From NCBI GenBank assembly GCA_963665235.2, contig CAXXLX010000002.1, positions 96,001-160,000 on the forward strand: DNA of 64,000 nucleotides, read 5' to 3'. Position 1 is the first letter of the stretch. Each line of letters opens with the position of its first letter. The position numbers and the translations under genes were made by a program. Under the pieces are notes generated by a model. It was not told the origin of the DNA. It made no database searches and saw nothing but the letters and a program-made list of their open reading frames with translations. Positions 49,558 through 61,652 of this stretch are shown one piece after another. Origin of the DNA: Candidatus Poribacteria bacterium (GTDB lineage: Bacteria; Poribacteria; WGA-4E; WGA-3G).

Positions 49558-51330
49558 TGGTAACCACTATGGACATCGCAGGAACACGTGACGCAGAAAT
49601 CCGCGTTTCTATTCCAAACTGGTTCGATTAAAAGTGACTGGGTAGCGATTCACACGGAACATGTTGAGGTTTCTATTCCAAACTGGTTCGATTAAAAGGG
49701 AGAAGCCTGCATTGCGAAGCGCATCGTTGAAAGCGTTTCTATTCCAAACTGGTTCGATTAAAAGCAAAGGTAAACATGCCCTTCTACGTCCAGTCTGAGA
49801 AGTTTCTATTCCAAACTGGTTCGATTAAAAGGTGAGGTCATACTAGAGCGGTATCGTGCGTTTGTGTATGTTTCTATTCCAAACTGGTTCGATTAAAAGT
49901 TTACAGAATTTCCAGCATAGCGTCGTAATGAAAACGGTTTCTATTCCAAACTGGTTCGATTAAAAGCGAATTACCCCACGTGATTTATGAATTAGAATCC
50001 ATGGTTTCTATTCCAAACTGGTTCGATTAAAAGACATTCACGACTGACAGCAAAAAAGGGACAGGCGAAGTTTCTATTCCAAACTGGTTCGATTAAAAGC
50101 GCGGATAGCGATGCTTATGACGCTATCCGCGCGAATGGTTTCTATTCCAAACTGGTTCGATTAAAAGAAATACGAGATTGTCGGTGCGCCAGCGACGCAA
50201 AGTCGTTTCTATTCCAAACTGGTTCGATTAAAAGGTAATTTTTCTCCCCTTTTTGCATCAGGGGGCCGCCGAGTTTCTATTCCAAACTGGTTCGATTAAA
50301 AGTTTTTCGCGTAATCTCTGTATAGAGTGTTAAAAGTGCGTTTCTATTCCAAACTGGTTCGATTAAAAGTGGGCTCGCTGGACAAGACGGTATAGATGGG
50401 TCGCCGTTTCTATTCCAAACTGGTTCGATTAAAAGAAGTGGGGGACATCATTTTTATCCATCGGTCAAAGTTTCTATTCCAAACTGGTTCGATTAAAAGG
50501 GGAAAATTTACTATGTTTATAACCATTCGGACGCAGTTTCTATTCCAAACTGGTTCGATTAAAAGTTCGATGCCACACCAAACTGGTTCGATTAAAAGCT
50601 TTTCGTTCCTCCTTAGTAGCGATTACGCGGGATGTAGTTTCTATTCCAAACTGGTTCGATTAAAAGGTATTTGGCATTAAACTTACGCATATAAAAGTCT
50701 ATGGTTTCTATTCCAAACTGGTTCGATTAAAAGATTAAGTAGGATAATCCGTACCGAGTTTTGTTTTGCCGGTTTCTATTCCAAACTGGTTCGATTAAAA
50801 GCGCGTTTCTCAGCCGCTTGACACGCGACATAAGTTTGTTTCTATTCCAAACTGGTTCGATTAAAAGAAGGCACACCGGATCAGAATATTACAGAGATTA
50901 CTGCGTTTCTATTCCAAACTGGTTCGATTAAAAGATTACTCAGTCGGCAACAAAGAAAACCCCAGCGGTGTTTCTATTCCAAACTGGTTCGATTAAAAGC
51001 ACCTGCACCATAAGACCTTACAAACTGAGCAGCATCGTTTCTATTCCAAACTGGTTCGATTAAAAGGAACAATTTCGACATGGAGTGAAAATCGTTAACC
51101 GCGGTTTCTATTCCAAACTGGTTCGATTAAAAGACAGGCATGGCACGGCTCACTTCACTGCCCTTTACGAGTTTCTATTCCAAACTGGTTCGATTAAAAG
51201 GGCCGCAACACCGGCAAAACACCCGCCTCCCGCGCAGGTTTCTATTCCAAACTGGTTCGATTAAAAGTGTTGCATGCGTTTGCTGCGTGCGGTTATCTTT
51301 GCTGGTTTCTATTCCAAACTGGTTCGATTA

Positions 51331-52236
51331 TAGTAGATTTTAGAATTACGTATACATATTGATAATCTCGGTGAGTGACTTATCTGCGTTATATTTCCGG
51401 AGCCGCTTAATGTTGGCGAAGTCCTGTTCAATCGGATTGTAGTCCGGAGAATACGGGGGCAAAAACAAAAGGGTTGCCCCTGTTGCTTCTATCAGTTCTC
51501 TACTTCGCGCCGTTTTGTGAAAAGTCGCATTGTCCATTATCACTGTGTGCGATGCTGTGAGATGCGGGCATAAGTCTTTTGATAACCAAGTGTTGAAACG
51601 CTCGGCATTGCAGCTGCCTTTGAATAAGGTGTGTGCCGCAAACTTCCCCTCTATTCGTGCAGCTATCATATTCGTTTTGGGATGTTTTTGACCGGTAACT
51701 AATGCACGAACAGGGACACCTATAGGGGCATACCCATAAGGTCTAAAAGTCTCTGGCATAAAACTGCATTCGTCCACAAAAACTAAGGACTTCCCGTTCT
51801 GTTGTTCTATTTGCAACTGTTTTTGATAGGTTTGACGCTTTTGAGGGCAGTGCTCCTTATACCCTATTGTTTTTTTTTTCGCGTAAAACCCATTTTTTTC
51901 AATGTATACCAAATACAGAAGGTGGATACCTCGAAGTGATTTGCCCGCTCTGCTAGTGTTTGATCTGGAAAATCGGTAGCGTGTTTTCGGAGTGCCTCAA
52001 CAGAGAGTGCCCGGGGGCCTCGGGGGCCCGGTTTTTCATAAGTGAAAGGGTCTTCGGCAGAGAGCCACCGGTAAATGATAGTGCGGGAAACAGAAAAGCG
52101 TTTCGATGCTTCTGTTTTACTGCCACCTGCTTCAATAAAATCTAAGACGCGTTTACGTAAATCCTTGGAATATCTCATAATATATGAAGTATACCAAATG
52201 CAGAAAAAAATGTCAACGTATTTCCATAATCTACTA
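51331..52236 (-). mobile_element. IS630-family element (ORFs 51864-52178 and 51346-51912) inserted at the TA of a CRISPR repeat
   Basis: Repeat split as ..GTTCGATTA | IS | TAAAAG; TIRs TAGTAGATTTTAGAA / TTCCATAATCTACTA; MRYSKDLRKRVL, FVDE, IMDNATFH, LPPYSPDYNPIE. Confidence 0.92.
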
Positions 52237-52242
52237 TAAAAG

Positions 52243-52399
52243 TTCGAGACAATGCCTCAAAAGCAAGAACAGGCAGCATCCCCCAAGTCTCTTAACAAAC
52301 TGGCAGTCTTACGATTACGAAAAAAACGATCTTTCGCCTCAAAACCTAAACTCGCAGTTAACCTCATCACATGAAAATTCTTAAAACTAAATGGCCCTG
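52243..52399 (+). mobile_element. Heavily deleted second ISAs1 right-end fragment
   Basis: Collinear with 49370-49557 but with many short deletions; the terminal ~60 bp are identical. Confidence 0.75.
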
Positions 52400-55300
52400 T
52401 ACCCCGAGTTTCTATTCCAAACTGGTTCGATTAAAAGCTTAGATTTCAGGAGGCGGTAAACGAGGCGAATGACGGTTTCTATTCCAAACTGGTTCGATTA
52501 AAAGAACAAACAATTAGCTGACACCCTCAAGGAGATAGATAGTTTCTATTCCAAACTGGTTCGATTAAAAGTGAATACAATAGTCCGACAAGCGTACCCA
52601 AAAAAAGTGTTTCTATTCCAAACTGGTTCGATTAAAAGTCTGTATTCGTAGAGAGACTGCCCCCCTCCGCGGGGGTTTCTATTCCAAACTGGTTCGATTA
52701 AAAGTGTACGTTTCCATACCAAGAGAGCGCGTGACTCAGTTTCTATTCCAAACTGGTTCGATTAAAAGTCATTTTCGAGTAAGATGGAGCCGTCTGTGAA
52801 CACAAGTTTCTATTCCAAACTGGTTCGATTAAAAGGCTGCTTGTCAGGAAACATTTTGACAATCTTTAGCGTTTCTATTCCAAACTGGTTCGATTAAAAG
52901 TTGCGTCGACCTTGTTCTTTTCGTCGCGTGCATGCGTTTCTATTCCAAACTGGTTCGATTAAAAGCGCGGCCTTGATTTTTACCTGAACATTCCGACCAT
53001 GTTTCTATTCCAAACTGGTTCGATTAAAAGGTGGTTGTATAGGTCAGGATGTTCTTACTTGTGATAGTTTCTATTCCAAACTGGTTCGATTAAAAGCATC
53101 TCAATCCCTGCAATCATCGTAGGCGAATGTGGGAGGTTTCTATTCCAAACTGGTTCGATTAAAAGAAAAAGAGAACCAACGAGGCAGAAGTGGGGAAGTC
53201 AAGTTTCTATTCCAAACTGGTTCGATTAAAAGCAACTGCTGAAACAAAAGTGGAAGCTTATAAAATAGGTTTCTATTCCAAACTGGTTCGATTAAAAGTC
53301 GCGCGGGCATCAGAGCCCCCCGAAAAAATTTTAGGTTTCTATTCCAAACTGGTTCGATTAAAAGATAAATACAGGTGATAATGTGTGTATAACACTACCG
53401 CCGTTTCTATTCCAAACTGGTTCGATTAAAAGGACACATCGGGGGATATTCATCGTTATCCCAAAAATGTTTCTATTCCAAACTGGTTCGATTAAAAGCA
53501 ATTGGGTATGCCTTTTCGGTTTCTCCTCCTTAGAGGTTTCTATTCCAAACTGGTTCGATTAAAAGAAGGGGAGAAAAATGATAGGTGAAAAAACCTTAGC
53601 GAATGTTTCTATTCCAAACTGGTTCGATTAAAAGATGGGAATGCCAGATGGGCACTTGGACATAAACCAGGTTTCTATTCCAAACTGGTTCGATTAAAAG
53701 CCAAGGCGGCTACAGATTACCCGGTTGGCAAGGTGTTTCTATTCCAAACTGGTTCGATTAAAAGGTGGACATTTCATTCTCCTTTCCAGATTCACTGGAA
53801 TGTTTCTATTCCAAACTGGTTCGATTAAAAGGGATACGGTTCAACCGTTGATGGCGTTGTTGAGAATGTTTCTATTCCAAACTGGTTCGATTAAAAGTTT
53901 CAATAACATCGCTCCTTGAGGATGTTATTGACAAGTTTCTATTCCAAACTGGTTCGATTAAAAGGCTGCAAAAATAAACCTTATGGCATACCACGGTTGG
54001 GGTTTCTATTCCAAACTGGTTCGATTAAAAGGAGTTTTGCCAGCGCCACCCGCTGGGCGGAGAGGAAGTTTCTATTCCAAACTGGTTCGATTAAAAGGTA
54101 TGCTGTGGATGCATCTTTAACAATTTATAATGGTTTCTATTCCAAACTGGTTCGATTAAAAGTTAACCGCGTATTACTTCCAAACGCGGAAGACGTACGT
54201 GTTTCTATTCCAAACTGGTTCGATTAAAAGGAACACACCATGGGGTCTCGTTCGACCGACTGAAGAAAGTTTCTATTCCAAACTGGTTCGATTAAAAGTC
54301 AACCTCCACCACAACAGGCACCACAACAGGCACGTTTCTATTCCAAACTGGTTCGATTAAAAGGATAGAGATTTGTTTGATTTGCCTGATAAAAAAGCAC
54401 GTTTCTATTCCAAACTGGTTCGATTAAAAGGAATATCGAGGAATATTTATTATCCCTCGGAAGTTCAGGTTTCTATTCCAAACTGGTTCGATTAAAAGTT
54501 GATGCGAACAATTACCCATACCACCGCGAGAAAGGTTTCTATTCCAAACTGGTTCGATTAAAAGTGTCCAACAAAATTAATCGTAATGGTGTTCAGGTAA
54601 GTTTCTATTCCAAACTGGTTCGATTAAAAGGATGGCAGCTACGCACTTCAGCAACTAAAACATCTAAGTTTCTATTCCAAACTGGTTCGATTAAAAGCAG
54701 AGGATTTTTACGCAATTCAGGTGCCGCCTATTTTTGAGTTTCTATTCCAAACTGGTTCGATTAAAAGGGCGGTTGTTCCTGTCTCTCCTGTGCCTATAGA
54801 CGCGTTTCTATTCCAAACTGGTTCGATTAAAAGTCAAATGCCCTTAGCACCCCAATCGGTACATCCGTATGTTTCTATTCCAAACTGGTTCGATTAAAAG
54901 GCGGTTGTTCCTGTCTCTCCTGTGCCTATAGACGCGTTTCTATTCCAAACTGGTTCGATTAAAAGTTGCCGATGCTAACAACGCTCTTTACATCAACGAA
55001 AAGGTTTCTATTCCAAACTGGTTCGATTAAAAGGAAATTGGGATACTCATTAACGATATTGAACGTAGTTTCTATTCCAAACTGGTTCGATTAAAAGTCG
55101 CACGTAATCGAGACTGCCGCCATTTTTTTAGAAAGGTTTCTATTCCAAACTGGTTCGATTAAAAGTTAAAAAATAGTTTTTTAAGGAGGTGAGAAACCTA
55201 AGTTTCTATTCCAAACTGGTTCGATTAAAAGTGCCCGATAGGGTTTATTGCAAATTGTTTTCTTCGAAGTTTCTATTCCAAACTGGTTCGATTAAAAGCG

Positions 55301-58300
55301 AAAGCATGACATCCCAACTTTCTTTTAGAATGAAGTTTCTATTCCAAACTGGTTCGATTAAAAGCGTCTGAATAGCATGCGAGTATCCGATTTTTACCAA
55401 AGTTTCTATTCCAAACTGGTTCGATTAAAAGAAATGTTCCAGCATGAAGCACGCAAATAGCAACCCAACGTTTCTATTCCAAACTGGTTCGATTAAAAGA
55501 CAGATAAAAGGAGACTAAGGTCACAGCATACCGGGCGTTTCTATTCCAAACTGGTTCGATTAAAAGAGAAACGCTTTGTTGCCCTTTTGCCTCCCTTTGT
55601 ATGTTTCTATTCCAAACTGGTTCGATTAAAAGTGCCATTCCGAGTTTGTTCGCTGTGGGTTTTCAGACCGCGGTTTCTATTCCAAACTGGTTCGATTAAA
55701 AGGTCTTGGTTGTAGAAACGAGGACGCTATCGTCTAACGTTTCTATTCCAAACTGGTTCGATTAAAAGCTCATAATTGAATGCAAATGTTAGCGAGGTTC
55801 CGATTAGTTTCTATTCCAAACTGGTTCGATTAAAAGACCGTTATCAGCGGAGACTTTCCAACCTGGACAGGTTTCTATTCCAAACTGGTTCGATTAAAAG
55901 CTGTTTTCGGGGTGTGGGTCCCAGGTGTCGGCTGTTCCGTTTCTATTCCAAACTGGTTCGATTAAAAGTATCCTTACAGCCTTTCTTCACACAGCATAGT
56001 TCGGTTTCTATTCCAAACTGGTTCGATTAAAAGGGTGTACAAGCACTTATAGATGACCTCACCGCACGGGTTTCTATTCCAAACTGGTTCGATTAAAAGG
56101 AGTGTTCCGAAGTATGCCATACCTTCCTGTAGTGTGTGTTTCTATTCCAAACTGGTTCGATTAAAAGCAGTGGTCGGCACAGGCGGGCCACATATTGAAT
56201 TGCAGAGTTTCTATTCCAAACTGGTTCGATTAAAAGGAAGGTCCCGGTGCGGTTGTCGCTGTTCCGGGTGCGTTTCTATTCCAAACTGGTTCGATTAAAA
56301 GGTCAAGTCTTTTGAGTCCATCCATTTCAGCAGACAGGTTTCTATTCCAAACTGGTTCGATTAAAAGGGTGAACGAGACACACGTTCACCCACAAGGGGG
56401 CTGGGTTTCTATTCCAAACTGGTTCGATTAAAAGGAACAACGTGACGTTCTTACCTCGGTACTTGCTGCAATGTTTCTATTCCAAACTGGTTCGATTAAA
56501 AGTGAAGTTGCATTTTAAGATGGGTTGTCAGGAGTTCGTTTCTATTCCAAACTGGTTCGATTAAAAGGACGGTAAAGGCTTCAAGGTTTTTGAAAAGACT
56601 AAGTTTCTATTCCAAACTGGTTCGATTAAAAGGTGCCAAAAGTTAGACCCGATAAAATCTTTGTTCTTACGTTTCTATTCCAAACTGGTTCGATTAAAAG
56701 TCGGATTCGCAGGCACTCGTGAAAAAATTAGCGACGTTTCTATTCCAAACTGGTTCGATTAAAAGTCTGTTGCAAAAAAATAAACCTGGTGGCATGCACG
56801 TTCGTTTCTATTCCAAACTGGTTCGATTAAAAGGATATTTGCAGACAGAATGAGTCGGTACCTCTATGGTGTTTCTATTCCAAACTGGTTCGATTAAAAG
56901 CGGCATGCGAATGAAGTCAATCAACGCCGCTGGCAAGAGTTTCTATTCCAAACTGGTTCGATTAAAAGTCCAAACCTTTATCGGTGCGCTCACCCTGACC
57001 CTTACGTTTCTATTCCAAACTGGTTCGATTAAAAGTCAGCAGAATCGGACACAAACGACACCCCTAAATCTGTGTTTCTATTCCAAACTGGTTCGATTAA
57101 AAGCCGCATTTAAGTCTGTTCGGATGCAACTTCTCGGTTTCGTTTCTATTCCAAACTGGTTCGATTAAAAGGTTTGTAGTTGTCTATTAGACGATTTGCG
57201 CGTGCAAAGTTTCTATTCCAAACTGGTTCGATTAAAAGACAATTGTAATTTCTGTCCATTGATGTTGTTTCTGCAGTTTCTATTCCAAACTGGTTCGATT
57301 AAAAGAAATTTTTCCAGATTTGAAACGTGAATATCTTCAGCCGTTTCTATTCCAAACTGGTTCGATTAAAAGGCTTGAGATTTCCAATCCGCCGCAATCC
57401 CTTGCATCGTTTCTATTCCAAACTGGTTCGATTAAAAGAACGGTCACGCCAGTAATTTCTCAACCACGCTTCGTAGTTTCTATTCCAAACTGGTTCGATT
57501 AAAAGAAGATAAAAAGTGATTAAAGAAGTGATAAGGCGGGTGCGTTTCTATTCCAAACTGGTTCGATTAAAAGAGTTCCTCCAGCAACAGTACCCGGAGA
57601 GATGGGCCGAGTTTCTATTCCAAACTGGTTCGATTAAAAGACCGACACAAGGCACACCGACACAAGGCACACCGACTACGTTTCTATTCCAAACTGGTTC
57701 GATTAAAAGGTTGATTACCATCTGGGATCATGAAGTTGCAATAAAGTTTCTATTCCAAACTGGTTCGATTAAAAGAAACTCGTGGCCTTGAGGCAGATAT
57801 TGTGATACTGAATGGTTTCTATTCCAAACTGGTTCGATTAAAAGCTACAGACGCTCGAACTGGAGCGACAACAACTGAAGGTTTCTATTCCAAACTGGTT
57901 CGATTAAAAGTGAACAAACAGCAGTGTCTGCTGTTGTGCTGCAAAGGTTTCTATTCCAAACTGGTTCGATTAAAAGCGCGGAACTAAACGATTTAGTTAA
58001 AGCACTCAAATCAAGTTTCTATTCCAAACTGGTTCGATTAAAAGACGGGGGTTGTTGGGTGAAGATGTTGTACTACTTGACAAGTTTCTATTCCAAACTG
58101 GTTCGATTAAAAGGGGGCGATGTTCATCAATTCTGAACGGTTTACAACTTTGTTTCTATTCCAAACTGGTTCGATTAAAAGCAAACGCTACCATCAAAGT
58201 CGAGAGCGGACGCAACAATGTTTCTATTCCAAACTGGTTCGATTAAAAGAAATCCGCTTTAGACAACTGGATGTGGTTTTTAAAAGTTTCTATTCCAAAC

Positions 58301-60189
58301 TGGTTCGATTAAAAGGCTATGAAGCCGCATTTTGTGGAGCACAGCCGATTTATCGTTTCTATTCCAAACTGGTTCGATTAAAAGGCAAACAACCCACGCT
58401 TAGATTAACCCCGCAACCGAGTTTCTATTCCAAACTGGTTCGATTAAAAGATCGCTTATTAGCAGGCTGTCCATTCACGAGTGTTGTTTCTATTCCAAAC
58501 TGGTTCGATTAAAAGCTACGGGTGTCATATTAAATATCCGAGATTTAATTACGCGTTTCTATTCCAAACTGGTTCGATTAAAAGGTATCCAAGCAGCAAA
58601 AAAAGGACAACGCCGTAAACGTTTCTATTCCAAACTGGTTCGATTAAAAGTAGCACTCTTAGAAAATGAGAACACAAAAGACACGTTTCTATTCCAAACT
58701 GGTTCGATTAAAAGGCTGCACCGCCTTTTCTTGCTTGAGTGCCGATTTCTGTGTTTCTATTCCAAACTGGTTCGATTAAAAGGCTGATTCGGTTTTGCCC
58801 AAAACAAAATTTCATCATGTTTCTATTCCAAACTGGTTCGATTAAAAGTCCTCGTCGGTTTCGGGTGCGGTTTCGGGTGCGGTTTCGGTGTTTCTATTCC
58901 AAACTGGTTCGATTAAAAGGGGATGCAATTTATAGTCGACGGACTTTAACCGTAAGTTTCTATTCCAAACTGGTTCGATTAAAAGAAATCGCCCACACGC
59001 GACGTAACACCGAAATGGGAGAGTTTCTATTCCAAACTGGTTCGATTAAAAGGACGGAGGTAACAACATGAAACGTTTTCGTTTGTGGGTTTCTATTCCA
59101 AACTGGTTCGATTAAAAGGCGTGCTGTCTGGCAAAATATCGGATAAAATATCCTCGGTTTCTATTCCAAACTGGTTCGATTAAAAGGCCTGGAATTGTGA
59201 TTTCCCGCCATCAATTTTTATAGTTTCTATTCCAAACTGGTTCGATTAAAAGGGTAGGGGGGCTCGATGGCATCATTCAGGAGATTCAGTTTCTATTCCA
59301 AACTGGTTCGATTAAAAGAGACAAGCAACAGCTGGAAGAAGCCCTCCGAATCACCCGTTTCTATTCCAAACTGGTTCGATTAAAAGGAACCCCAACCCCA
59401 ACCCCAAATGTTCAAAGACGCAACAGTTTCTATTCCAAACTGGTTCGATTAAAAGGATGAGATATTATTACGGAAAACTAATTAAAGCAAGTTTCTATTC
59501 CAAACTGGTTCGATTAAAAGCACCCCACATATCGCCTATACCCTCGTCCCCCTCTCACGGTTTCTATTCCAAACTGGTTCGATTAAAAGTATGAACTTGT
59601 GGAACCCTCTAAAGTGTGTGAGTCCGGTTTCTATTCCAAACTGGTTCGATTAAAAGGCACGACATTGCGTTGACAGCAAAGTGCATGCTACTTTCGTTTC
59701 TATTCCAAACTGGTTCGATTAAAAGTGAACTCGCGTGTGATAGCAATAGCAACAAAACGAGCGAGTTTCTATTCCAAACTGGTTCGATTAAAAGGGTTGC
59801 ACTGAGCATTTTTAGCTGTTCGACAACATGTTTCTATTCCAAACTGGTTCGATTAAAAGTTCCAACCAATAGAAAAGTTTTCAGAAGTAATAGCGTTTCT
59901 ATTCCAAACTGGTTCGATTAAAAGCGCCATTGATGGACATGTAAAACAACCGTTTGCTAGGGTTTCTATTCCAAACTGGTTCGATTAAAAGCCATACTTG
60001 GGACAAGATAAATTGTCCCCGGCGTGTTTCTATTCCAAACTGGTTCGATTAAAAGGTTCTTCGGACAATTTGATAACCCATGGCTCCCACGAGTTTCTAT
60101 TCCAAACTGGTTCGATTAAAAGTGAGACGGAGCGCGGTGAAACATTTTTCATCAAGGCGGTTTCTATTCCAAACTGGTTCGATTAAAAG

Positions 60190-60445
60190 GCTTCGCTCAG
60201 CCAGCATTAATATTATACTACATCCTTATACTGTTTGTCAAGTTTATTTTAATTTTTTTTCGTTTAGCAGGCAAATTTTTGTCGACCTCCGGTAATGCAA
60301 ATTTCCTAGGAGGTTGACGGATCCTTGTGTGACAAGAGATTATCCCGTTTTTTTACGGAATTCGTTGGTGAGACAAGCACGGAAACTGCTTATTGCAGCG
60401 CGGTCGACAGCAGCATTTATAAGCAGTTTTCCGCACAAGCGTTGT
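60190..60445 (-). promoter_or_regulatory. CRISPR leader with consensus promoter TTGACA(60241-60236)-N18-TATAAT(60217-60212)
   Basis: Sequence between cas2 and the first repeat, AT-rich near the repeat; perfect -35/-10 on the minus strand. Confidence 0.85.
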
Positions 60446-60709
60446 CTATAACAGGTTCGTGGCGGGATTTTTGTCCACACCCATGATCTCTTTGTTCATC
60501 CATCTGGCATCGCGCAATTGGTAGATGATGACAGAGTCTTTTTCAGGATCGGTGATTGCTGCGAGACCGGATTTAACACGGGAGAATTGGGCCTTCGTCA
60601 ATTGTCCCTCAAAAACCGAGTTTTGAACCCAATTGAGATGTTGTCGAAGATATTTACATACCTTTGCAACACGTTCAACCCCAATATCGTAAACGAGAAT
60701 GATATACAT
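60446..60709 (-). CDS. cas2: CRISPR-associated endonuclease Cas2
   Basis: MYIILVYDI..RVAKVCK.LRQHLNWVQNSVFEG..DSVIIY; RBS AGGAGG. Confidence 0.95.
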   Translation of the reverse strand: MYIILVYDIGVERVAKVCKYLRQHLNWVQNSVFEGQLTKAQFSRVKSGLAAITDPEKDSVIIYQLRDARWMNKEIMGVDKNPATNLL

Positions 60710-60734
60710 TAGTATATGCCTCCTTTGAAAAAGG

Positions 60735-61168
60735 TTACCACCAAGGCCGTAATGCCTGATACGTCTCCATGCCAACGAGGTGTTTGATGAGTTTGTAACA
60801 TTCTAAGCGGATAAGGCGTTGATAAGAAACCTTGCGCTTGAGTTGTCGATGCGATACGGTCTGCTTAAGTTGTTCATCAAATTCCGCGATGAAACTTTTT
60901 CGTCCCTGCTCGTTGAGATAACAGGCACCGACATCTTTTTCAAAATGTTTCGTTTCGTTGAGTTGCCCTCTGTTAAACATTCGGAAAATAATCCGATCGA
61001 TGATGAGAGGTTTGAAAATCTCAGCGAGGTCAAGCGAGAGCGAGAAACGTCTGTCGCCGGGCTCATGAAGAAAGCTGATCGTTGGATTGAGCTGCGTTCG
61101 GTAGATCTCCGTGAGACAGGCGGCATACATCAACGAGTTGCCGAAGGAGATGGCGGCGTTGATAGGAT
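60735..61168 (-). pseudogene. cas1: Cas1 (type I-B-like) C-terminal fragment; N-terminal part missing
   Basis: NPINAAISFGNSLMY..FLHEP..RFSLSLDLAEIFKPLIID..CYKLIKHL; upstream it joins directly to a CRISPR repeat. Confidence 0.9.
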
Positions 61169-61328
61169 TATTCCAAACTGGTTCGATTAAAAGACAACTT
61201 CCCCTGAACACTATAAAAGAGGTTGTTCATAGTTTCTATTCCAAACTGGTTCGATTAAAAGGCCCAGCGTAGTAGCCGTAGTAGTTGAACACATGGAAGT
61301 TTCTATTCCAAACTGGTTCGATTAAAAG
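61169..61328 (-). CRISPR. Mini-array: 2 full repeats, 1 truncated repeat, 2 spacers
   Basis: Repeats at 61299-61328, 61232-61261 and 61169-61193 (lacks terminal GAAAC). Confidence 0.92.
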
Positions 61329-61540
61329 GCTTTGCTCAGCCAGCATTGATATTATACTACATCCTTATACTGTGTGTCAAATTTATTTTTTTCGTTTAGC
61401 AGGCAAATTTCTGTCGACTGCCGGTAACGCAAATTTCTTGGGAGGTTGACGGATCGTTGTGTGACAAGGGATTATCCCGTTTTTTTACGGAATTCGTGAG
61501 TGAGACAAGCACGGAAACTGCTCATCGCAGCGAGGTCGAC
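61329..61540 (-). promoter_or_regulatory. Second, diverged copy of the CRISPR leader with the same TTGACA-N18-TATAAT promoter
   Basis: Collinear with 60190-60408, with scattered substitutions and one deletion. Confidence 0.9.
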
Positions 61541-61560
61541 GTATTCGGAGGTGTGCTCCA

Positions 61561-61623
61561 TTTGCAGACATAGAGATAGTTAACGGCGATGCCGGTGATG
61601 TTGGTGTTGTCACGGTTTTGCAT
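61561..61623 (-). pseudogene. cas4: Cas4 N-terminal remnant (21 codons)
   Basis: Hand translation after RBS AAGGAG: MQNRDNTNITGIAVNYLYVCK, matching the Cas4 start motif ITGxxxxYxxxC; it then runs into the leader copy. Confidence 0.75.
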
Positions 61624-61652
61624 TTGTCGTTTCTCCTTTTTCGTGATAAAAA

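Larger units (their letters stand above)
44428..60189 (-). CRISPR. Type I-B-like CRISPR array, about 200 repeats (estimated from length), repeat CTTTTAATCGAACCAGTTTGGAATAGAAAC (30 bp), spacers mostly 34-41 bp
   Basis: Plus-strand GTTTCTATTCCAAACTGGTTCGATTAAAAG recurs about every 66 bp; degenerate repeats at the distal end (44428, about 44612); leader and cas2 at the right end give the orientation. Confidence 0.98.

Noticed and set aside
50566-50598. 13-nt spacer followed by a 5'-truncated repeat
   Set aside because: A simple small deletion or consensus error, with no sign of a distinct function
44663-60295. Many short ORFs containing FYSKLVRLK / FLFQTGSIK
   Set aside because: Translations of CRISPR repeats
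61194-61231. Mini-array spacer shares ACAACTTCCCC with about 36425
   Set aside because: An 11-bp match is too short to indicate self-targeting
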